A program made the translations under genes and the position numbers. DNA of 45,125 bases. Source: a bacterium. Its GTDB lineage: Bacteria; JAMCPX01. Location: assembly GCA_049966275.1 (NCBI GenBank), contig JBMFUY010000003.1, forward strand, positions 1 through 45,125, given 5' to 3'. Below, piece after piece: positions 9,294 to 16,421 of this stretch (within the stretch, counting starts at the first letter, position 1; each line of letters opens with the position of its first letter). A model generated the notes under the pieces. It saw only the letters and a program-made list of their open reading frames with translations. It was not told the DNA's origin and made no database searches.

Positions 9294-10772
9294 ATGAATA
9301 AAGGTATCTCAACAAATGCAAAGGTTGGTATATTTATAGTAGCTGTACTTTTACTTCTGTTCTGGATCACCTTCAAAATAAGCAGTGGCACTATCTTTGG
9401 AAAGCTGAAAGGCTACAAATTAACTGCAGTGTTTGACAGTGCACAGGGGCTTAATACGAAAACAAGGGTTTACCTTGCTGGTATACAGATAGGGTATGTT
9501 GAAGATATAAAACTACAGGATGATAAAGCCCTGGTTGTTTTAAGGATCATGCCGGATGTTAAGATAGAAGAGAACGCAAAGGCTGTTATAAGAACAAAAG
9601 GACTACTCGGTGAAAAATACATTGAGATCGTACCAGGAAAACAGGAGGCTGAAGTGATCCCACCGGGTGGACAGATTACATTTACAGAATCTCCACCTGA
9701 TTTTGAAGAGCTTATGAACAAACTAAATAGCATTGCCTCTGATGTTAAATCTGTAACCCAGAGCTTAAATGAAGTTTTCGGAGGTTCACAGGGAGAAAGA
9801 AATATAAAGGATATGGTTGATAATCTCAACAGAACCATCGTTCATATGGATCGGCTTATAACAACTACAAATTCAAACCTCAATAAAACATTTGATTCAG
9901 TTGATGTGTTCGCACAGGCTCTAAGAGAAAACGGACCTGACATCCTTGCGAATTTAGCCAGGATTTCCGAGGAACTTCATGAGATCATTGCTGAGAACAA
10001 AAAATCAGTGTCTCAGACTATGGAGAATATAGATAAGGCAAGCAAAAAATTGGATGAAACACTTGCAAACCTTCAGGTAATAACAAACAATCTTAAAGAA
10101 GGTAAAGGAACCATAGGTAAACTTCTTTCAGATAAGAAGACAGAGGAACAGGTTACAAAAACAATAAGCGGTTTAAGCACAATGGTCGGTGGAACATCCA
10201 GATTCAGAACTATTATAAATTATCGTGGGGAGTACCAGTTTCTCTATCATAATGTAAAAAGCTATCTTGATCTGAGACTTCAACCTACATGGGATAAATA
10301 CTTTTTACTTGGTATTGTTGATGATCCAGGTGGATACTCTTCAACCTCCACTACGTACACAATGGTCAAGGATCTTAACACCGGGACAGTCCAGCAGACA
10401 CAAACCATCAATCACAATATATCTAACCAGCTTAAAATAAACGCTGAGATCGCAAAACGTATATCCTATTTTACATTTCGTGGAGGTATCATAGAATCAA
10501 CAGGTGGCATAGGTGTTGACATACATTCACCCAATGATCTGGCAGAGCTAAGCCTTGAGATGTTTAATTTTAATGAAAAGCCATACCCTGAGCTTAAGGC
10601 AATGCTCAGCATCTCTATATTAAGATACTTTTTACTCTCAGGTGGTATGACAGACATTGCAAATGCAAATGCAAGAACATGGTTTACAGGGCTTGGAATA
10701 AGGTTTGATGATGAGGATCTGAAGAATATTTTCGGACTTGCTGCAAGTACAACATACGTAAACACTAAATAG
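9294..10772 (+). CDS. mlaD: Long MlaD/MCE protein with helical linker and C-terminal beta-rich domain
   Basis: N-terminal TM, MCE motifs (A.GL...V.LAGI.IG.V; GLLGEKYIEI.PG), GKGTIGKLL, beta-rich tail. Confidence 0.85.
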   Translation: MNKGISTNAKVGIFIVAVLLLLFWITFKISSGTIFGKLKGYKLTAVFDSAQGLNTKTRVYLAGIQIGYVEDIKLQDDKALVVLRIMPDVKIEENAKAVIRTKGLLGEKYIEIVPGKQEAEVIPPGGQITFTESPPDFEELMNKLNSIASDVKSVTQSLNEVFGGSQGERNIKDMVDNLNRTIVHMDRLITTTNSNLNKTFDSVDVFAQALRENGPDILANLARISEELHEIIAENKKSVSQTMENIDKASKKLDETLANLQVITNNLKEGKGTIGKLLSDKKTEEQVTKTISGLSTMVGGTSRFRTIINYRGEYQFLYHNVKSYLDLRLQPTWDKYFLLGIVDDPGGYSSTSTTYTMVKDLNTGTVQQTQTINHNISNQLKINAEIAKRISYFTFRGGIIESTGGIGVDIHSPNDLAELSLEMFNFNEKPYPELKAMLSISILRYFLLSGGMTDIANANARTWFTGLGIRFDDEDLKNIFGLAASTTYVNTK

Positions 10773-10776
10773 AATA

Positions 10777-10806
10777 TTACAAAGAAACTCTGTTCAAAGA
10801 TATACT
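10777..10806 (+). promoter_or_regulatory. Candidate sigma70 promoter for eno
   Basis: TTACAA-18 bp-TATACT followed by SD AGGAGG. Confidence 0.4.
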
Positions 10807-10823
10807 ATAAAAAGGAGGTTTTT

Positions 10824-12110
10824 ATGTTAAAAATAGAAGACATACTGGCATTGGAGATACTGGATTCAAGGGGTAATCCTACAGTGGAGGTAACTGTAAA
10901 GCTTGACAATGGCACATTTGCAACAGCAAAAGTTCCATCCGGAGCTTCAACAGGAGAAAGAGAGGCAATAGAATTAAGGGATGGTGATAAAAAGCGATAT
11001 CAGGGCAAAGGCGTTTTAAAGGTAATAAATAACATCCTGAAATTGATAAAACCAGCTCTAAAGGGTATGGAGCCATTTGATCAAATGGCAATAGACAAAA
11101 GGCTTATAGAGCTTGATGGAACAGAAACAAAGTCTAAATTGGGCGCTAATGCCATACTCGCTGTTTCTCTGGCTGTGGCGCATGCAGGCGCAAAAGCACT
11201 GAATATGCCACTGTACAAATACATAGGTGGTGTTGATACACCAGTACTTCCAGTACCCATGTTAAACGTATTAAATGGTGGTAAGCACGCTGATACAAAC
11301 GTAGATTTTCAAGAATATATGATAGTGCCTGCTGGTTTAAAATCCTTTAAAGAGGCATTAAGAGCATCTGTAGAGGTTTATCACACCTTGAAATCTATTT
11401 TAAAAGAGAAATCACTTGTAAGCTCTATTGGTGATGAGGGTGGTTTTGCTCCTAACCTGAAAAACAATGAGGAACCTCTTCAATTCCTGTTCAAGGCTAT
11501 AGAGAAAGCAGGGTACAAACCCGGTAAAGACATCTACCTTGCCATGGACCCTGCTTCAAGCGAATTCTACAGCAATGGAAAATATAATCTAAAAGATGAA
11601 GGCAGAAAACTCAGTTCAGAGCAGATGGTGGATCTGTATGAGAAACTTGTAAATGCCTATCCACTTATAAGTATTGAAGATGGGCTTGCTGAAGATGATT
11701 GGGATGGATGGGTGATATTGAAGAAAAGACTTGGCTCAAAGATCCAGCTTGTTGCAGACGATCTTACTGTAACAAACACAAAGTATATAAAAAAGGCTAT
11801 TGATATGGATGCTGCAAACTCTGTGCTGATCAAACTCAATCAAATCGGTACGCTTACAGAAACTATGGAAGCTATAAGGATGGTAAAATCGCATGGTTGG
11901 ACCGCGGTTGTATCGCATCGTTCCGGAGAAACAGATGATACAACCATATCAGACCTTACTGTGGCTGCAAACACTGGTTTTATAAAAACAGGTGCCCCTG
12001 CAAGAGGGGAACGTGTGGCAAAGTACAACCGTTTGCTCGAGATTGAATATGAACTTGGTTCAAGGGCTATATACCCTGGCATGCAGGCTTTTACAAGTAT
12101 AGAGAGATGA
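10824..12110 (+). CDS. eno: Enolase
   Basis: [43 protein letters not shown]. Confidence 0.98.
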   Translation: MLKIEDILALEILDSRGNPTVEVTVKLDNGTFATAKVPSGASTGEREAIELRDGDKKRYQGKGVLKVINNILKLIKPALKGMEPFDQMAIDKRLIELDGTETKSKLGANAILAVSLAVAHAGAKALNMPLYKYIGGVDTPVLPVPMLNVLNGGKHADTNVDFQEYMIVPAGLKSFKEALRASVEVYHTLKSILKEKSLVSSIGDEGGFAPNLKNNEEPLQFLFKAIEKAGYKPGKDIYLAMDPASSEFYSNGKYNLKDEGRKLSSEQMVDLYEKLVNAYPLISIEDGLAEDDWDGWVILKKRLGSKIQLVADDLTVTNTKYIKKAIDMDAANSVLIKLNQIGTLTETMEAIRMVKSHGWTAVVSHRSGETDDTTISDLTVAANTGFIKTGAPARGERVAKYNRLLEIEYELGSRAIYPGMQAFTSIER

Positions 12111-12141
12111 ACCGTTACTTCATAGGTTTTCACCACTAAAA

Positions 12142-12744
12142 ATGTACATAAGGAAGGATGGGTATTATAAGCTCGCAAAACAGCATGGATACAGATCCAG
12201 GGCTTCTTTTAAGCTCATTCAGCTGAATAACTCTTACCACCTTATCCGTAGAGGTGATACAGTGCTGGATATAGGCGCCTCGCCAGGCGGATGGATGCAG
12301 GTGGCTATTGAACTTGTTGGCAATAAGGGAAAGGTTATTGGGATTGACGTTCTTGATATACCTAATTTTAATTGTCCGAATGCTGTCCCTGTAAAGGGAG
12401 ATATAAACGAGCCATTGGTTAGAAGATACGCTTTAGAGCTCAACAAGGGTAAATTTGATACAGTAATGTCAGATGTCTCAATTAATATCACAGGGAATGT
12501 TTTTTATGATACAAGCAAAAACCTGGAGATGGCTACACTGATACTATCGTATCTGCCAGAGCTTTTAAAAGACAATGGTAATTTTCTCATCAAGTTATTT
12601 TACAGTAATGAGCTTAAATCTTTTCTTGATAAAGCCTGTGTGTGTTTTAAGAACACATATACAACCAAACCCAGGGCATCAAGGAGTTCTTCATCAGAAC
12701 TTTATATGATTGGTAAGGGATTCCTCACTTCAAAGTGCAAATGA
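12142..12744 (+). CDS. rlmE: 23S rRNA Um2552 methyltransferase RlmE/FtsJ
   Basis: GYRSRASFKL, LDIGASPGGW, KP.ASR..S.ELY. Confidence 0.92.
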   Translation: MYIRKDGYYKLAKQHGYRSRASFKLIQLNNSYHLIRRGDTVLDIGASPGGWMQVAIELVGNKGKVIGIDVLDIPNFNCPNAVPVKGDINEPLVRRYALELNKGKFDTVMSDVSINITGNVFYDTSKNLEMATLILSYLPELLKDNGNFLIKLFYSNELKSFLDKACVCFKNTYTTKPRASRSSSSELYMIGKGFLTSKCK

Positions 12745-12752
12745 TCGGGTTA

Positions 12753-12848
12753 ACCTGAAAAATGCAATAGGAAAGTTTGCTCATTCGTTCGGGGTACCCC
12801 ATCACTCATTACACAAACTTCCCTATTTTGCAAACGCGTTTTTCGGGT
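12753..12848 (+). repeat. Full copy (short variant) of ~96-bp palindromic MITE-like repeat
   Basis: acctgaaaaatgcaataggaaagtttg...ggggtacccc...caaacttccctattttgcaaacgcgtttttcgggt; terminal inverted repeats; fills the gap between convergent rlmE and GH18 genes. Confidence 0.93.
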
Positions 12849-15349
12849 TAATTGTTTGCTATGTAAAGATTCCCGTTACCATCAAACACAATCCCAACAG
12901 GTGTTACAATATTGGTTGAAGCATAACCTGACACACTGCCTGCTGGTGTAACCTTATAGATTGTATTGTTACCATAACAAGCCACATAGATGTTGCCTGA
13001 TGTATCAACTGTAACACCGTATGGATTGACAAAACCAGATGCAAGAACACTCCATGAACCTGTTGCTGGTGATAATCTATTTAATGTACCAGCAGTAGCA
13101 TCAGCAACATAAAGATAACCATCCACTGGATTATAGACTATGCCTGTTGGGTTTGTGAAACCAGTAGCAAGTGTTGTGAGTGAGCTGCTGGCTATATTTA
13201 TCTTTGATATTGTGCCTGTCCAGTTTGCCACATAAAGATAGCCATTGGCATAAGTCATACCCTGAGGATAGCTGAGCCCTGACGATAAAAATGTTGTTAT
13301 ATTACCGCTTGTGTCTATCTTTGCAATACCTCCAGGGTTTGCATTGTTAGCCACATAAAGATTGCCGGATGCATCATAAGCCATGCCAGTAGGGGTCATA
13401 AACAAACTTGACGTGTATGCAATGCTAACAGTGCCTGTAAGGCTTATCCTGTCTATAAGATTATATGCACTGTTTGATGTGTATAGATATCCACCAGGAT
13501 TGTATACAATGCCCCATGGTTTTCCTAATCCAGATGCAAGGGTTGAGGTGTTAAGAGCAGTATCCACTCTTGTTATTGTTCCATGCAGGTTTGTTGTTAT
13601 GGGTGCATTAACAACAGCATAAACTGCTACGATTGCCCAGAAATTTATACCATTGGGGTCATTAAATGTTAATGTAACAGGTCTTGACTCGTAATGAAAA
13701 TCTATATTCCCGATATTCCAGTACCAGCTTCCAGGGCCGCTTCCACCGGATGGATTTGCCACTGAAACATTACTTGAAGACATACTACCAACAACCATCT
13801 CAACACCTGTCCAGTTGTTCTGGGTATTATTGGTAAGGATTATCTGACCTGATACCACGCCAGCCGAGAAGGTTGGTGTACCATAGTTATACCCATTCAC
13901 CCACACTGTATTATCTGTTGATGCTGTACCTGAAAAATCAGCATAGATCTTATTCCACAAAAATGGATAGGGAGAACCGCTGGGTGTTGGTGCTCCATTG
14001 TCATATCCTAATGCCCACATGCCAATACCCTTTATACCATCATTAATTGCAAGCTGATACTTATCAGATAATGTTGTAGAAATGTCATACCATGCCTGAT
14101 GAGGTGTTGTTGTACAATTGTACAGAGAATACGCTGAATCCTCTGTTGTAGGCTGATAGATGCCAGAGGTATAGCTTGTATTATTGTAATCGTTGTAACA
14201 CGTTGGATAGTAGATGATAGCTGTCCCATTGCTTGATTTAGCAGCACCAAAACTGCATGAAGCAGATGGCCAATCATAACCATAATACGGAACACCAAGT
14301 ATCAATCTTCTTGGATCAGCACCGCTGTTTAAATATGTATTAAGCGTGTTTGTTACATTGTAGTTTGGGTCAAGAGAACCACCTGCAAGCGGTGCAACAG
14401 GTCCAGGATTACCACCTGAGTAATGATAGTCATAACCCATGATGAATTCATCCGCATATTGTGAGATCGCCCTGTAATCAAATGTATTTACCCAATCAAC
14501 TGCAGGTGTGGCAATGGCAACAATAGAGCCAGGAAGATTTTTTGAAAATGTGTTGTAGAGTATCTGCATAAGTGTTGTTAGATTTGCTTTCTGGGTATTA
14601 TCAGGCCACCCTTCAAAATCAATGGCTACTCCATCACCGCCCATTTGTTGAACAAGGTTTAAGGCGTTGTTTGCAAGTGCTGTTTTGTAGCTCTGAAGAA
14701 CACTGTAAAATGTTGAAGAGTTGAAGCTTGTTATGGTCATTATTACCTTGACTCCATGCTGATGTGCTGTTGCTATCCAGTTTGCTGTTGTTGGTGAGTT
14801 CCATGCAGGGTTGTTAGTATCTGACAATGTCCCATCTGAATTCAGTCCAACTGAAAAATATGCAACTGTTGTCAGGAGCTCCCAGTGCATATCTGCAAGC
14901 GTGGTGGAGTTTTCCTCCCAGTATGGTAGAAATCCAAAAATCTCTTTGTTAACAAGTGGTGTGCTCTGTGGTACGGTTAGGGCAAGTGGTTTTAATAATG
15001 ATCTGCTGGGCCACAAAGGCGCAGTCTCTGTTGGCGTATAACCGATATGTTGTTCATACTGTAACTGGTGTATGGACACCGCGGGTAAAGGTCCGATACT
15101 CTCACTCAAAAGTTGCATGTTGGGCCTGGGAATAATAGCCTGTTCATTCAACGGAATGGGCCCATTGGGTTCTATCTTGAAAATACCTTTTGATGGGTCT
15201 GCATAAAGTCTTAAACTTCCCAGATAAACCCTGTTACCTTTATTATAGGTTGGGGTAACATCTTTTTTGCTACATGCTTCAAGGAATACAATAAAGAGGA
15301 TAAGGAATAATAACAGCATCCTGTTGTGTTTTATTTTAGGACCATTCAT
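12848..15349 (-). CDS. Secreted lipoprotein: GH18 (chitobiase/SleL-like) domain plus C-terminal NHL/Vgb-like beta-propeller
   Basis: Lipobox LEAC; DGVAIDFE, MGYDYH, LILGVPYYGYDW, GIGMWALGYD; six P.G..(D..GN)LYV repeats; SD GGAGGG. Confidence 0.85.
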   Translation of the reverse strand: MNGPKIKHNRMLLLFLILFIVFLEACSKKDVTPTYNKGNRVYLGSLRLYADPSKGIFKIEPNGPIPLNEQAIIPRPNMQLLSESIGPLPAVSIHQLQYEQHIGYTPTETAPLWPSRSLLKPLALTVPQSTPLVNKEIFGFLPYWEENSTTLADMHWELLTTVAYFSVGLNSDGTLSDTNNPAWNSPTTANWIATAHQHGVKVIMTITSFNSSTFYSVLQSYKTALANNALNLVQQMGGDGVAIDFEGWPDNTQKANLTTLMQILYNTFSKNLPGSIVAIATPAVDWVNTFDYRAISQYADEFIMGYDYHYSGGNPGPVAPLAGGSLDPNYNVTNTLNTYLNSGADPRRLILGVPYYGYDWPSASCSFGAAKSSNGTAIIYYPTCYNDYNNTSYTSGIYQPTTEDSAYSLYNCTTTPHQAWYDISTTLSDKYQLAINDGIKGIGMWALGYDNGAPTPSGSPYPFLWNKIYADFSGTASTDNTVWVNGYNYGTPTFSAGVVSGQIILTNNTQNNWTGVEMVVGSMSSSNVSVANPSGGSGPGSWYWNIGNIDFHYESRPVTLTFNDPNGINFWAIVAVYAVVNAPITTNLHGTITRVDTALNTSTLASGLGKPWGIVYNPGGYLYTSNSAYNLIDRISLTGTVSIAYTSSLFMTPTGMAYDASGNLYVANNANPGGIAKIDTSGNITTFLSSGLSYPQGMTYANGYLYVANWTGTISKINIASSSLTTLATGFTNPTGIVYNPVDGYLYVADATAGTLNRLSPATGSWSVLASGFVNPYGVTVDTSGNIYVACYGNNTIYKVTPAGSVSGYASTNIVTPVGIVFDGNGNLYIANN

Positions 15350-15395
15350 TGTTTGTTTTCCCTCCTTCCCGGTTTAAAAGGATTTTATCACTGTC

Positions 15396-15490
15396 AACCA
15401 AAAATGCAATGGGAAAGTTTGCTCATTCGTTCGGGGTACCCCATCACTCATTACACAAACTTCCCTATTTCGCAAACGCATTTTTCGGGT
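15396..15490 (+). repeat. Full copy (short variant) of palindromic MITE-like repeat
   Basis: Near-identical direct repeat of 12753-12848, between the divergent GH18 and TolB-like genes. Confidence 0.93.
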
Positions 15491-15543
15491 TAATGTTTGT
15501 TGTAAATAGTACATGTTTAAGATATAAAAGTAATGGTTGGAGT

Positions 15544-16401
15544 ATGCGAAATTTGCTAATAGCATTGGGTTTTGTAATGATATTGTCTTGCGCAAGGCTT
15601 GTACCTTATAAACAGGTGGATATTGTTTTTATAGCCTATAGCAATGGAACAGGTGGTATTTATGGCGCGAACCTGTCCACCGGTAAAATATTTCCGCTTT
15701 ATAAAGGTTCTCAAAAGGTTATTCCAATGTCGCCTTCACTCAACGCATTGCATAACATGCTTTTATTCATATCAAATCAGGGGACATATTATAATATTTA
15801 TATGTTGAATCTAAATTCAGAAAGTCTTAATAGATTAACACCTGATGATACAAACTATGGCGCACCCACATTTTGTTTTAACAAAAAGATTGTTTATGTT
15901 ACATACAGATCAGGTAACCTGCCGCAGATATATCAGATGAACATGGATGGCACATCCCCAGGGCTCATAATATCCGAACCAGATGGTGCTACGGATCCGG
16001 TATGCAATGATAATGAAATAGCTTATATATCGGATCCACTCGGCAGTGCAGAATTGAAGATTTACAATATTGTAACAGGTGTTAGTGTAACAACAGGGGT
16101 GCAGGGGGTTAGTTCAAGACCTGCTTTTTCACCTGATGGTACAGGGATTGTTTATTCCAGGTTAAACCACAATGGTTATCAGGCTCTTTATATACTCAAC
16201 CTCTCTACCATGAGCTCAACATCCTTATTATCCGCTGATTATGATGCCTATGAGCCATCCTGGGGAATGAATAATAAAATTGCATTTACAACAACAAAGG
16301 ATGGACAATTAACACCGGATATTTATCAGATAAACCCTGATGGAACAGGGTTGAAAAGGCTGATCAATTATGGTGATGCTGATGGTAATCCTTCATGGTA
16401 A
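15544..16401 (+). CDS. TolB-like PD40 beta-propeller lipoprotein
   Basis: Signal MRNLLIALGFVMILSC; PAFSPDG, PSW, IY..N.DG repeats; upstream ORF-track extension is only repeat read-through. Confidence 0.8.
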   Translation: MRNLLIALGFVMILSCARLVPYKQVDIVFIAYSNGTGGIYGANLSTGKIFPLYKGSQKVIPMSPSLNALHNMLLFISNQGTYYNIYMLNLNSESLNRLTPDDTNYGAPTFCFNKKIVYVTYRSGNLPQIYQMNMDGTSPGLIISEPDGATDPVCNDNEIAYISDPLGSAELKIYNIVTGVSVTTGVQGVSSRPAFSPDGTGIVYSRLNHNGYQALYILNLSTMSSTSLLSADYDAYEPSWGMNNKIAFTTTKDGQLTPDIYQINPDGTGLKRLINYGDADGNPSW

Positions 16402-16421
16402 TGGCCATGTAAAGCGTTTTG

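Noticed and set aside
12753-15490. Canonical integron attC sites or a CRISPR array
   Set aside because: No intI or cas genes; hairpin lacks the unpaired central spacer and single extrahelical bases; core matches are imperfect; one copy follows core gene ruvB; copies are kb apart.
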